DNA from: Octopus sinensis
Lineage: Eukaryota
Direction: 5' to 3'
DNA: 64,000 bases
Assembly (NCBI RefSeq): GCF_006345805.1
Contig: NC_043004.1
Span: 82,026,001-82,090,000 of the forward strand
A program made the position numbers and the translations under genes. Of this stretch, positions 24,088 to 37,127 are shown in pieces. Below the pieces are notes generated by a model, which worked only from the letters and a program-made list of their open reading frames with translations, had not been told where the DNA came from and made no database searches. Each line of letters begins with the position of its first letter. Positions within the stretch are counted from its first letter, which is position 1.

Positions 24088-24313
24088 GCTTACTTTCAAA
24101 ACCGGTATAAGTGCATATTTGGTCAATTTCATGATAAACCATTAAAACACAGTCACGCACGTGACATGTTTTTCAGTCAGACTGGGATAGATGCCATATA
24201 GACAGGAGGCGAATTTTAGTCTTCTAATCAAAATCAGATATATTCTAGTTGTTGTTTCCTCAATTACTCAAAAGTCATTCCGGTGCATATATCTGGTTTT
24301 GAAAGTAAGTTCT
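24088..24313. mobile_element. MITE with ~25 bp TIRs
   Basis: GAGCTTACTTTCAAAACCGGTATA ... TATATCTGGTTTTGAAAGTAAGTTC. Confidence 0.6.
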
Positions 24314-24334
24314 ATTATATTATACAATTATATA

Positions 24335-24509
24335 CCGTATTATAACGTATATAAGGAACCCTCATGTATAAGGAACTCCCTAATTTTGGGGCGTAAAATT
24401 TGGAAACAAGGTTTTGTCAGGGATTATAATACTATTCATGTATAAGAAACTGCCGTACTTTTTGAACCTAAGTTTTGACAAAAGAGGTTCTTTATATACG
24501 TTAAATACA

Positions 24510-24510
<1 letters not shown>
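24335..24510. mobile_element. Tc1/pogo-type MITE
   Basis: TA|CCGTATTATAACGTATATAAGGAACC ... GGTTCTTTATATACGTTAAATACAG. Confidence 0.65.
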
Positions 24511-24586
<76 letters not shown>

Positions 24587-24693
24587 TATAACGCAAAAAC
24601 CAGCAAAAGGATAAAAAACAATTGGTCTGCGGGAGAAAATATCAATATTAGCCATTGGTTAATATCATTGTACTCTTTATAGCAACCACGGGC

Positions 24694-24742
24694 GACAACT
24701 GTAGACGTGTTTCGCTTTAATTATGACCTCATCAGCAATGTA
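24694..24742 (-). ncRNA. Degenerate type-I hammerhead-like motif
   Basis: CATTG-CTGATGA-GGTCATAATTAAAGC-GAAA-CACGTC-TA-CAGTTG; stems II and III carry mismatches. Confidence 0.45.
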
Positions 24743-25158
24743 TAGACTTCTCCGTAGTTTGCCAAATTAACTATGGCTGAAACACTATACAGATGCATCT
24801 AGAAGATTGTACATTTGTTGGTGTATCTAAACAGTAATATTGAGAGAACAAATTACTTTTAGATACAAACTACACGAGAATTAATAAATAAACGAAAAGC
24901 ATAAAATATAAAATGAAATATTTGCCTTGACGTACATGATGGCAGGAACGGTAAAACGCTAATTAGTAGTAATTAACTAAAAATATTAGTTAATCAGAGA
25001 TGTCAATGATTAATATACTTTTCTAGTTTTTCTCTTCGCATAATTATTTCTAGTTAAATCTCTGATGTTCGCTGCTTGAATCATGTTAAATGTAGCAAAA
25101 CTGTTATTTCACTTGCGCATATGTGTGTGCATGATTTTGTGTGTATGTGTGTATATAT

Positions 25159-25205
<47 letters not shown>

Positions 25206-25206
<1 letters not shown>

Positions 25207-28200
25207 GGCAACAACGTACACCTCACCTCGATACTCCTACTGAACATCAGAGGACTGCAAACACTCAGTAACAGGACAAAGATCCCGTTCCTGAGAGACT
25301 TTGTTGCATGCAATCAAGCCTTATGCATAGCACTTACAGAAACGCACCTGAAACCGGACATAGCAGATGCGGAGTTACACATACCACAGTATGCTGTACT
25401 ACGGACCGACAGGAAAGAAAGGAGTCACGGAGGTGTTGCTATGTACATCCGTGAGGACCTCACACCCCAGGTCCTCTTGTCATACTCAAACTCGGTGTGT
25501 GACACACTAATTGTACATATTAGGCAACTTGATGTAGTTGTGTGTGCTACATATCGCCCTCCAGATGCCCCAAGCCATGTGGGCAAGTTTGAAGACTGCC
25601 TTATAAAAATAGAAGAAATTCTAACCACATTAGAACAACACATAGGTGTGCTTCTTATGGGAGACTTCAATCTGCCCATGTCAGATGGCCCGAGGGCCTT
25701 TCTCTCCCAGGAATGACAAGATGTGAACGAGGACAGGCGAGGTCCCTCCTGAACCTCATCAACACCCTGTACATGGAGCAGGTAATACTCCAACCAACCA
25801 GGGCAGGTAACACACTGGATCTCTGCTTCACAAATGACATGGATCTCATCCATAATGTGAAGTGACACCGACACTACTCTCGGATCACAACATGATAGAG
25901 CTGACCATGTACGGGCCAAAAGAGAGCACGGACATGCAGCCTACAAGAAACCCTCAAAATCTTTCCAGCTTGAACTACCATAAGGCAAACTGGAAACAAA
26001 TTGAGAAAGAGATCCTCAAACAAAACTGGCCTAAATGTCTCTCCTCGCCAGACATCGACGTGAAACTTCAACAATTCATGTCTGTAATGCAAGCCATATG
26101 CTACAAATGTGTCCCAGAGAGAAAGGCCACTGTACACAAGAACAAAATCCCCAGAGAGAGGAAAATTTTAATGAGACGGCGTACGAAATTTTCAAATCGC
26201 CTAAACAAACAGATTGAAAGCAGTGAAAAGTCCCGCCTAAAATAAAACTGTTGGAAATCGAAAAATGTCTGCAACTCTCCCATGAAAAAGAAAGAGCAGA
26301 CAAAGAAGCCTGGGCTATAGAAAACATAAAATCTAACCCCAGAGCTTTCTACAGGTATGCCAAAGAAACAGCTACAGTGCACTGTAGAATAGGGCCACTC
26401 CTCGAAAAGGATGGCACACTTACAGGAAAACCAATGAGGGTAAGTGAAATACTGAATGAGCAATTCAAGAGTGTTTTCACTCCACCCCTTGGGCATCTCC
26501 AAATCACCATCCAACTAACTTTTTTACCACTGCAGATATAAAATCAGAGGCGGCGACGATAGATTACATCGATATAAAGAAGACGATGTAACCAAGGCTA
26601 TAGATGAAATGAAAACAGACTCAGCTACTGGCCCCGATGGATTCCCGGCAATCCTCCTAAAAGCATGTAAGAGAGTCCTAGCAAGACCACTGCAGTTCCT
26701 CTTTCAGAGCTTCCTTGCAGCTGGCAAACTTCCAGGAAAACTGAAGGAAGGTAAAATATGCCCCATTCATAAGGAGGTAGCAGCGAAGCCAAGAACTATA
26801 GACCTATCTCTCTGACCTCACACATCAGCAAGGTCATGGAACGAATAGTCAGAAGGAAGCTGATCACCTTCCTTGAAGAGAATGACTTGCTGCCCGACAC
26901 CCAACATGGTTTCCGACTAGGGAGAAGCTGTTTAACTCAGCTCCTACAACACTATGACTGGGTGCTGAAACGGCTGCTCAACCACTCAATGTGGAAGTGA
27001 TATATCTCGACTTTGCAAAGGCCTTTGATAAAGTCGATCATGGAATGATATGTCACAAACTGCGTGATCTCAACATAGTTGAAAACTGGGAGAATGGCTT
27101 CATGACTTTCTGAAGGATAGAAGTCAGGTGGTAGTAGCCAATGGGGCCACCTCCATTAACACACAAATAGTGAGCGGTGTTCCGCAGGGCACTGTTCTGG
27201 GACCACTACTGTTCATAATGGCCCTCTCAGACATGCCCTCAGCCACGCAGAGAGCCACGATCATAAGTTATGCAGATGATACAAAAGTTTCACAGGCAAT
27301 ACAGAACCCTGAGGACACTAAACACCTGCAATGTGAGCTGGACGAAATATACAAGTGGGCTGAAAAGAATAGCATGCAGTTCAATGCTGGACAGCATGCA
27401 AAACTGAATGCAATACCCAATGAATACACTGGACCCGGAGGGACAATCAGTGCGTGACCTGGGTATTCACATGAGTGATGACGCGACCTTTCATGTACAT
27501 GTTGCTAAACTGACAATGAAATGTAGACGGCTGGCTGGATGGATTCTTAGAACCTTTAGAACAAGAGAACAAGAAACCATGATGGTCCTCTGGAAGACAC
27601 TTGTCCTAAGCCACTTTGACTATTGCTCTCAGTTATGGTCACCATCCAGTGTCAAGTTGATCACAGAACTTGAGGCGATCCAACGAAGCTACACGAAGAA
27701 GATAGCCTCTATGCAGAATGTAAGCTACTGGGAAAGACTCAAGAGATTAAAATTATATTCCCTGGAGCGTAGGCGGAAAGATATGCCATAATATACATCT
27801 GGAAGATCCTGGAGGGAAGTGTCCTGAACTTTGGCATCGAGAGTTACGCAAATTCCAGAACTGGGCGCCACTGCGTGGTGCCTAGGACTCCAAACCTGCC
27901 ATCAAGATGTAGGACAAGATTCTGTGATAGCCTGGGCTTCCGAGGCCCACAGCTCTTCAATATCCTCCCGAAGAACCTGAGAGACCTGCATGGGGTGGAT
28001 ACAGATGTCTTTAAAAAAAAAGCTGGATCTCTCCTGTCAGGTGTCCAGATGAACCAACTTCACGGCAGGAGGGACAGATGAGGCCAGCTGCATCGAACTC
28101 TCTCATGCACCAAATAGCAGTTGCTAGAAAGCCCCCATGAAGTGAAACCAAGTAGCAACACCAAATGGCGGTGCCCCAGCATGGCCACAGCTCATAAGCT

Positions 28201-28234
28201 GAAACTAGAATCAATCAATCAATCAATCAATCAT

Positions 28235-28237
<3 letters not shown>
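25206..28237 (+). mobile_element. CR1-clade LINE, near-complete ORF2 (APE + RT) with frameshifts
   Basis: APE: LLNIRGL, IALTETHL, GGVAMY, YRPP, MGDFNLP, SDH. RT: GPDGFP, YRPISLTS, QHGFR, YLDFAKAFDKVDH, GVPQGTVLGPLLF, YADDTK. (AATC)n tail; (TA)n on both flanks. Confidence 0.95.
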
Positions 28238-28288
<51 letters not shown>

Positions 28289-28462
28289 TTATATATGTAT
28301 GTATATATATATGTATATATTATATATATATGTATGTATATATATGTATATATATATGTATATATATATTTCGACTTATATATCTACAGATGTTAGTGTT
28401 GCTGTGTTGATATATAAATACATGCATCACATACATATATGTCTGTGAGTGTGTATATTCAT

Positions 28463-28510
<48 letters not shown>

Positions 28511-28859
28511 TATATATTTGCGTGTATGTGTATATATATATGTATATTCGTGACGAAGACTAATTAGTAGCTCCAGTTCTTTGAAGAGACTCGATGATTC
28601 GTTGTGTATATATCGATATAGGCTGCTTGTTTATCTGCGATTAGTTAAGTGATGCAAACATTTCTGTTGAGAACCCTATAGATTTCAGAAATCGATTAAG
28701 GCTGTTCATCAATTTTCTCAATCTCCGGAGAAATAGGTGAGTGACTATATGTCTACTTCGCAGGATTACGTACGTATCATAAATTCTGCATATCTGCATA
28801 ATATCTGTGCATTATCCATTTGTAATAACAAACTATGAACTCCTATTGGAATTTACATA

Positions 28860-29126
28860 CCCAGGACAAGAAGCCTCTTTACTCTTTCTGCACAGCACAT
28901 TCCGTGGATAACGAAAGAGCAACTGTAACCTCCAACGTATGCTTCTTATATCTCTCCCTTTCTAAAATAACCTATTATACTGAACTCTTCTATTTTTTAT
29001 ATTTAACTCTCTCATATCGTTTCTGATGATGGGATATCTTTTATACCCTTGAAACAGCTGTAAGATTACATTTTTCTTTAAAATGTCCTAAAAATTTCAC
29101 ACCGCCTGGGTTTTGTTGTCTCATTT

Positions 29127-29135
<9 letters not shown>
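28860..29135 (+). mobile_element. Probable Penelope-like 3' end
   Basis: Degenerate ...TAHS/RG/NERAT resembling the PLE terminal G(I/L)NE motif (requires frameshifts), followed by a hammerhead motif. Confidence 0.45.
29019..29067 (+). ncRNA. Type-I hammerhead-ribozyme-like motif with an intact core
   Basis: GTTT-CTGATGA-T GGG(A)TAT CTTTT ATACCC TT-GAAA-CAGCTG-TA-AGAT; palindromic stem III ACAGCTGT; GUA cleavage triplet. Confidence 0.65.
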
Positions 29136-29172
<37 letters not shown>

Positions 29173-29207
29173 ATGTATGTATATATATATATGTATATAT
29201 ATATATG

Positions 29208-29260
<53 letters not shown>

Positions 29261-29293
29261 ATGTATCTTCATCATTATCATGTTGAACCGTTA

Positions 29294-29420
29294 ATTCCTA
29301 CACATTTTTCTCTCCGTTCTTTTTTTCGTTCTCTCTCCATTTTCCCCTCTCATTCCTTTCTGTCGCAGAGCGTAGGCTCGAAATCTCAAACGGTTTTCCA
29401 TTTTTACCGAGCGTCAAACT
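29294..29420 (+). mobile_element. Short Penelope-type repeat, degenerate hammerhead copy
   Basis: CCTTT-CTGTCGC-A-GAGC GTAG GCTC-GAAA at 29355-29383. Confidence 0.5.
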
Positions 29421-29699
29421 AAGACGGTGAAGATTTGTAAGATATTCCAAAATTTCTCCATCTGAGATTCTTCAGACGAATATATGTACACACGCGTGAG
29501 TGTGTGTACCGACAGTTCAACCAGCTTACTGATTTATTCAAATGTTTAATAATACAAGGAACTCCCTTCACACAAAAGAACTTGTCATTTTGTTAGCGAC
29601 CAGAACACTTTTAAGACCCTAAAAAATACAAAGCAAAATCATACATAGAAACATATATACATACGCAAATATATATATATATGTGTGTATGTGTGCACA

Positions 29700-29733
<34 letters not shown>

Positions 29734-29969
29734 GTTACTATTACGCAAAAGATTCGTAAGTTCAAAACGTTGATTTTCCAGAAAACGAAAAAATAGTTTC
29801 AACACCTTGACAATTTTTGATATTTTGGCATCTGAGGCAGCGGGAGATATGATAGTCTGACCAAAAGAACCGGCTAAAGGCGATGCTCCAGTATGACCAT
29901 AACCAAATGACTGAAACAAGTTAAAGAATAAAAGAATATAAAAAATTCATAAATATATAAAAAGTTAAT

Positions 29970-30255
29970 ATATGGTTGTGAGTTCGAATCCTGGACCGGG
30001 CTGCGTGTTGTGTTCTTGAGCAAGACACTTTATTTCACGTTGCTCCAGTTCACTCAGCTGTAGAAATAAGTTGCAACGTCACAGGTGCCAAGCTGTATCG
30101 GTCCTTGCTTTTCCCTTGGATAACACTGTTGGCGTGGAGAGGAGAGGCAGGTATGCATGGGCAACTTCTGGTCTTCCATAAACAACCTTACCCGGACTTG
30201 TGGGTAACTTTCTAGGTGCAATCCCATGGTCAGTGTCGTGACCGAAGGGAGTCTC
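29970..30255 (+). mobile_element. SINE family E (tRNA head, CORE-like box)
   Basis: GAGTTCGAATCC B box; GTGTTCTTGAGCAAGACACTTTATTTCACGTTGCTCCAGTTCACTCAGCTG. Confidence 0.7.
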
Positions 30256-30394
30256 AGATAAACATATAAGTATAAATACATAGATGTACTTACGAGGTTA
30301 CATGTCCGTATTAGAATCAATGAGGAGGGTAGATGTGGAAGTTAGTATAAGATGATTTAAGAGGGATCCTGAATGAGCGCAAAGTCTGCATACA

Positions 30395-30530
30395 GACGAT
30401 GGCTTCTTTCAGTTTCTGTTTACCAAATCCCCCCAGAAGGCTTTGGTCGACTCGGGGCTATAGTAGAAGGTACCATACAGCTGGAGTGAACTCGGAATCA
30501 TGTGGATGGTAAGTAAACTTCTTGTGCGTA
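30395..30530 (-). mobile_element. SINE family A head, diverged
   Basis: GGCTTCTTTCAGTTTC...CCAAATCC...GGCTATAGTAGAAG. Confidence 0.65.
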
Positions 30531-31026
30531 TATATGTGTATGTACATATAATCTAAGTATCTGTCTATCTCTCTATTTGTTTGTGTGTACGGGTATGTGC
30601 TATTACTATTTATATTGGCATGGAAATTGTTTATACCAATTCTCAGTTGGATAGATTGTTGGTCACGTGATCAGCCTAATGAGTCTGTATTGGGAATTAA
30701 TTGGAAAAAAAAAAGCTTGAAATATTTTTTTAATAACGAAAAAAAAAAGTATGTAGTTTATAGATTTCCGTTGAAATACAAAATTGAACGCATTTTCTCC
30801 TCTAAATTGTTCGATATATTAATTTCACGTAAATACTCTTCGCATTCTATATTCATTCCATTAAAAGAAAATATTGGAAAATCAAACACACAAATATGCA
30901 CGCGCACACACCCACGCACACATACGCACCTACACACATATATATGAGTATATATATGTACATACATATACATGCATATATCTAAATATATCTCTATCTA
31001 TGTATAGGTATATATATTATATATAT

Positions 31027-31073
<47 letters not shown>

Positions 31074-31216
31074 TATTTATTTCTTATTTAGTACTTTATT
31101 TAGTTTTAGGTAAATATTTTATCTTGTCTTTACTTTTTTATATATGGTATGATTTAAGTATATCATTGTTGAATTGCTTCATGATGGTTCTTCTCTAATT
31201 TATATGCATGTATTAT

Positions 31217-31297
<81 letters not shown>

Positions 31298-31300
<3 letters not shown>

Positions 31301-31500
31301 AGGAGAATTCACAAAGAGACAAAAGACGAAGACAGGTGGTTTAGACAACAAATAGATGTATTAGTTTAACGCTCGGGGAATGAAAAGTTCTTTAACGTTT
31401 CGAGCATACGCTCTTCCAAAGAAAGGAACACAGAAAGAAACAAGGAGAGAAAATAAGGAATGTGTAGTGGCTAGTGATCTATCATGGTGAATGCCGGACA
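31298..31500 (-). mobile_element. Short Penelope-type repeat with a hammerhead-like motif
   Basis: Minus CCTTT-CTTTGGA-A-GAGC GTAT GCTC-GAAA-CG-TT-AAAG (31390-31426); flanked by (TA)n. Confidence 0.55.
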
Positions 31501-32532
31501 GAATGGTCACGTAGGTGAGCTAGGAAGAAGAACATTTTTCTTCACTTTTGTTTCATTCTGATATAGGTGCATATGCATATTTGCATACTTCTTTTTACAT
31601 TTCCACATATCTTTCCATGGGCATCAACATTAACTTCCTCACTCCTAACGCCTGTGTGTTCTGAAAACGTAATTTCCCCAAATAAAGTGCAGTTGATATT
31701 CAAGGCTCTGATGATGCTACAGCATGTGACCCAGGGACTCAACTAACAGTCTACCACATCTTATAGTAGAAACAGATGTAAGACAATGAAGTCCATTACA
31801 TAACCTTTGTTCTTTTCCAGTCTCATTTTGTGTTGTTGCTATTACCACTCTTATCATCTAACATTGTGTTCTGGATGATATGTATGTATATTGGAGTTCT
31901 ACACCAGGTTCTTAGTGTCACGATGCGCAAGCAATATATGTCTGTGTGTTTGTTTGTGTGTATATATGTATGGATGTATCTATCTATCTTTCTGTTTGTA
32001 TATATATATATATATATATATAATATAAGATATATATATACATATATATATGTACGTATGTATGTATGCATGTATGTATGTATGTATGTATGTATATATA
32101 TGTATATTTATATGAATGTAGATCTACGTATCTGTGTGTGTGAATGCGTATGAACCAGCTTTGATATTGATTTTGGAAACTGTCTGTTGGCAACTGTATA
32201 TGTTAGCAGTTAATAAGTTTAAGAACTTCTTTCCGTATGCCAGGATAATATCTTGATACCGCATTCGGAACGTACTAAAAGTCTCCGTCGGTATAAACGG
32301 TGACACAACTGAAGGGAAGTTTGCCAGAAGGCAACAAGCCTCACGAACCCCTGTTTTTGAAAACGTAGCAAATCATATACAGTCTTCAAATTACATACAT
32401 ACATACACACACATATACACATACACACACACGCACATGCATACATACATACATACATACATACATACATACATACATACATACATACATACATACATAC
32501 ATACATACACATAGAAGCATATGTATTTGGAC

Positions 32533-32709
32533 AATTGCAGCGTGGAAGGTGTTTATAAGCCATTTAAAAACACACAAAAACCGTTAGATTCACTTCAACA
32601 TTTAAATTTAATTTGCCAAAATATTTTCGTCGCTTCGAGACCGTGACCTGCTCACTGACAAAATTCCGTGCTGTTTAAATGGCTTAGAAACACCTTTCAC
32701 GCTGCAATT
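32533..32709. mobile_element. Fold-back/MITE-like element with 36 bp arms (2 mismatches)
   Basis: AATTGCAGCGTGGAAGGTGTTTATAAGCCATTTAAA ... TTTAAATGGCTTAGAAACACCTTTCACGCTGCAATT. Confidence 0.7.
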
Positions 32710-32756
32710 AGTTTTGTTTCAACACACGATGAGGTCACTTGCTATGCAAGTACATC

Positions 32757-32856
<100 letters not shown>

Positions 32857-32894
32857 TGTGTGTGTGTGTGTGTGGTGGTGTGTGTTGGATGTTG

Positions 32895-33989
32895 TATATT
32901 TAAATATTTGTTATACATGGACGATCTGAAGCTTTTTAGTAAGAATAAAACAAGATAGATACCTTAATACAAACTATAAGACTCTTCAGCAAAGATATAG
33001 CCATGGAATTTGGCATAGATAAGTGTGCAATATTAGTCATGAGATGGGGAGGGCAGTCAACAGTGAAGGCATCCAATTACCTGATGGTCAGACATTAAAA
33101 TCACTGAAATATGGAGAGAGAGTTATAAGTATCTAGGAGTATTATGAATCTGACAGAATATTAACTATAGAAATGAAAACGAAAATTGAGGAGTACATCA
33201 GAAAGATGAGGAAGCTAATGAAGTCAAAGATAAATGGTCCGAATTTAGTGAAAGCTGTAAATACTTGGGCAGTATCGTAACTTAGATACTCAGCAGTTGT
33301 TTTAGATTGGAAAAATTAGCAAATCTAGACTGAAGAGTTAGGAAGGAATTCAATATAAATAGAATACTTCACCCAAGAGCAAGAGTAGCAAGATTATACT
33401 TACTTAGAAAGGAAAGCGGAAGAGGGATAATATCAGTTAACTAGAGTTGATATAGACGCCCATGTAGATAATAGCGAAGAAAGTTTATTAAGAGCTGTTA
33501 GAGTCACAATAAACCAAAAAACCGAAGAAGTTAAAAACCACGAAAAAAGAAGAAAGATTATCTGAATGGCAAGAAAAGGCTTTGTATGGTAAATTTCCAA
33601 AGATATTTGCAGGAAATAGTAATAGTCAGAAAATAGTAATAGAAAGAAAACATAAAATTTGTTAATAACACCATAAGATCAGGCATTGAGGACTAACAGG
33701 ATAAAAACGAAGGTAGACAAAAACCAGGTAGAGAAATCCGCTGGGAGCTATGTAGAAAGCTAGGACTTGAACATACTGATAAATGGTATGAACATGAACC
33801 TTGTAAAGAACTAGAAAGTAAGAAATATAAGTAAGAAATTACAGAGTAATAGAATATAAGGTCTTGCGTGACTGATGCAGAGTAATAAAAGCTAGAAGGC
33901 CTGATTTAGTAGTAGTAGATAAAAAGCTAAGTGGTAGTATAAAATAGCAAAGTACCAGGACTTATCTATTGAATCACAAAGACTATGGA

Positions 33990-33990
<1 letters not shown>
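32895..33990 (+). mobile_element. Old R4/Dong-type LINE fragment (RT C-terminus to RLE), heavily degraded
   Basis: LLYMDDLKLF, MEFGIDKCA, YKYLG, VKAVNTWAV, LYLLRKESGRG, KWYEHEP, KARRPDLV; ends at (TAA)n. Confidence 0.85.
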
Positions 33991-34037
<47 letters not shown>

Positions 34038-34041
<4 letters not shown>

Positions 34042-34604
34042 GCCCTGATGAAGTAACAGGCAGTGTCTCTCTTGGCTTCTGATCTTAACTGATTGAAAGT
34101 ACTACCATGTACACGTTTTGCTTTGGCATAAAAGATGGGCTACAGCAAATATTCTGCTCAGTACCACAGATTTGCTTGTCAGTTGTTTGACCATAACCAG
34201 TTGAGCATGTCCCTTACTGGCTGATGATATGTGCATCTCTGATCCCAAGAAGAAGTAATGGGGGAGTAGCATAGCGATGTCTTGAGGGGAATTCCTTGGG
34301 GTTTGAATAATTCACCTCTGGAAACATGGGTGTTTTGTTCAACATCCTCAAACAACCCTTATTCAGGGACCTTTTGAATAGAATGGTCAACTCGTTGTGA
34401 AGGGAATTCCAACTGGGCTCCACCTGCAAAGTCATGTGCTGTTTATCTTGATATGAGATAACCATGTCGCGCACATATGGTTGTGAGGCATGTGCCGGGT
34501 GTGCCCTTATCAGACGGGTAGTTACGATGGCTATACTAGGCTTCGTATATTTTACTCCAGTGTCATTTTCATGGCATATGGCATGTACTGCTGCTCTCTC
34601 ACTC
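34038..34604 (+). mobile_element. TAA-docked element, full length, diverged
   Basis: Starts (TAA)n|AAATGCCCTGATG and ends CTCTCTCACTC. Confidence 0.75.
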
Positions 34605-34621
34605 AACAAAATTAGTATTAA

Positions 34622-34668
<47 letters not shown>

Positions 34669-34695
34669 TACTACTACTACTACTACTACTACTAC

Positions 34696-34741
<46 letters not shown>

Positions 34742-34742
<1 letters not shown>

Positions 34743-34886
34743 TATTTCTTTACTGCCCACAAGGGGCTAAACATAGACGGGACAAACAAGGACAGACAAA
34801 CGGATTAAGTCGATTATATCGACCCCAGTACGCAACTGGTACTTACATTATCGACCCCGAAAGGATGAAAGGCAAAGTCGACCTCG
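34742..34886 (-). mobile_element. SINE family B1, 5'-truncated, between (TAA)n runs
   Basis: TATTTCTTTACTGCCCACAAGGGGCTAAAC...CCCCGAAAGGATGAAAGGC. Confidence 0.8.
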
Positions 34887-34904
34887 AATAATAATAATAA
34901 TAAC

Positions 34905-35580
34905 AATGTCTACGGACTGGACCGTCAACCTTTGTAATGAGCAAATATCACCACTGTGCCGCATCTGCAATAGAGTGAATGAAGCCATTGCCCATATTAG
35001 GAGTGAATGTCCTAGACTTGCCCAAAACCACTACAAGTTGTGGCGACACGAGCAGGTAGCGAAAGAGCTACATTAGAATCTATGTGAAAGGGGGGGGCTA
35101 GAGAGAGGCAAGACGTAGTATGAGCACAAACCACAGTGTGACGGAGTTGGAGACAAACAAAATCCCCTTGGATTTCCCAATCGAAACAGATAAGGTGCTA
35201 GAGCATAACAAACCGGACATAATGCTGGACAAGGTGCACCACATACGCTATATTGTTGATGTTACATGCCCTTTTGACCCACGAATAGTCAAGAAGGAAG
35301 GCGAAAAGATAGATACGACCCTCTTAAGTACGAAATAGTCCGGCTATGGAAAATGAAGAAGGTGGAGATAGTGCGAAATAATGTTGGGTCCTTGGGAACA
35401 GTATCAGAAGGCATCGAGAGAAATGTAAAGGAAATTGGAATAGAATGCCCAGTAGAACTGTTACAAGAGGTTTGCCTCCTTGGCACGGCCAGAATAATAA
35501 GGAAAGTATTAAATAGCTGAAAAGAACGGATAGTATGGTACCGTAGGCTACAGGTATCACAATCTGTGATAAAAAGAAAA
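34905..35580 (+). mobile_element. R4/Dong-type LINE 3' end (CCHC + RLE)
   Basis: CRICNRVNEAIAHIRSEC, EHNKPDIM...IVDVTCPFD, CLLGTARIIRKVL; (TAA)n on both sides. Confidence 0.9.
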
Positions 35581-35596
35581 TAATAATAACAATAAC

Positions 35597-35648
<52 letters not shown>

Positions 35649-35679
35649 TAATAACAACAACAACAACAACAACAACAAT

Positions 35680-35718
<39 letters not shown>

Positions 35719-35880
35719 AATAATAATAATAAGAAGAAGAAGAAGAAGAAGGAGAAGAAGCCAAAAAAGAACAGGAAGAACAGAAGGGGCGGAGAAGAAA
35801 AGGGAGAGGAGAAAAATGAAGAAGAAGAAGAGGAAGAGGGGAAGGAAAAGAAAAAGAAGAAATAATTTTGATAAAAAGAA
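35580..35880. repeat. (AAT)n-(AAC)n-(GAA)n run and purine-rich tract
   Basis: Direct inspection. Confidence 0.9.
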
Positions 35881-36191
35881 GGCCATCATTTCTGGCAGAA
35901 CAGCAAATGGCACCATGATTAAATTGTCTTTCATGCTTCCAGTGTAAATATAGAAGGCACCAACCATATTAAATTAATTTTCTGGCTTTTTGCCTACTTA
36001 AACAAAAATAAAAATAAAACTCAGTTTATTAAAAGTAGGGAATCTGCAAAATGGTTAGAATTACAGACCAAAAACTTTGCAGTAGGGTATGGGACCTTAT
36101 GGCACAGCTGTTTTGTCGCCGCATGATTGGCGTCGCCGATTCGACGCTGACATATTTGACATCAGGCATTTTAATATTTCACTCTCTCTCA

Positions 36192-36222
<31 letters not shown>

Positions 36223-36413
36223 TTCTTTCCTTCCTTCCTTCCTTTTCCTCCTCCCTCTCTCTTTCTGTTTACTTGGGGAAGCATATTTCCGTTTACTATG
36301 TGCATGAGGAGAAGGAAAATATTTATTTAAAACATGTGCAATTAATAAACTGTAATGCTGTTTTCTCTCTCTCTCTCTCTCTCTTTCACACATACACAGT
36401 CGCTTTTTCTCTT

Positions 36414-36451
<38 letters not shown>

Positions 36452-36949
36452 ACTCTCTCTCACACAGTCACTTTCCTATTTTCATGTGCAAATTTCTTCA
36501 CGCACGTGCGTTCACCCATTTGCATGTGTGAGCGTGTGTGTGCGTGTGCATGAGTGTGTGTGTGTGTGTATGTGTGTATGTGTGTGTGTATGTACGTATG
36601 AGTGTGTTTACCTCTAGTAGCAAAACAGACAGAATGTCCAGTCAGCTGTGCCAAATGGCTTGCGCCCCAAGAGCTACGCCATATAGTCCCATTCCACTTT
36701 CAGCATCTTGCTATGCTCTTTTACGTTCTCAGTTCAAATCTCAAGGAGATTTCAACTTTTATGTTTCGTAAAGTTTATGCTTAACTGATACTTCATAAAA
36801 TGAAGAACCAATGAAGTAGTGGATATGGTGAGATTAACGGTTTTGGAAATCGATATATCGAGTATGTGGAGAGGGGGTTGAGGTATTCGTTGCAATATTG
36901 GTTTTGTATATTGAGTTCAAATTTTATTGGAAAGGTGAGGAGACTACGA

Positions 36950-37049
36950 AAGAAAAGGAGGGAGAGGGAGAAAAATAAAAGGAAGAAGAAGAAGAAGAAA
37001 AAAGAAGAAGAAGAAGAAAAATAATGATAATAATAATAATAATAACAAT

Positions 37050-37127
<78 letters not shown>

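Noticed and set aside
28545-28572. GTGACGA-A-GACT AATT AGT hammerhead 5' half
   Set aside because: Truncated before GAAA and too short to support.
28689-28736. Possible 48 nt exon with a GTGAGT donor
   Set aside because: Weak acceptor, unrecognised peptide and no partner exons.
29745-29856. Possible minus-strand exon (TIISPAASDAKISKIVKVLKLFF...)
   Set aside because: The acceptor lies in a SINE-tail remnant, the donor is weak and the peptide is unrecognised.
32150-32393. Non-repetitive island between TATG/CATA arrays with a VYTDG-like word
   Set aside because: The frame has stops and no other RNase H or RT motifs; unassignable.
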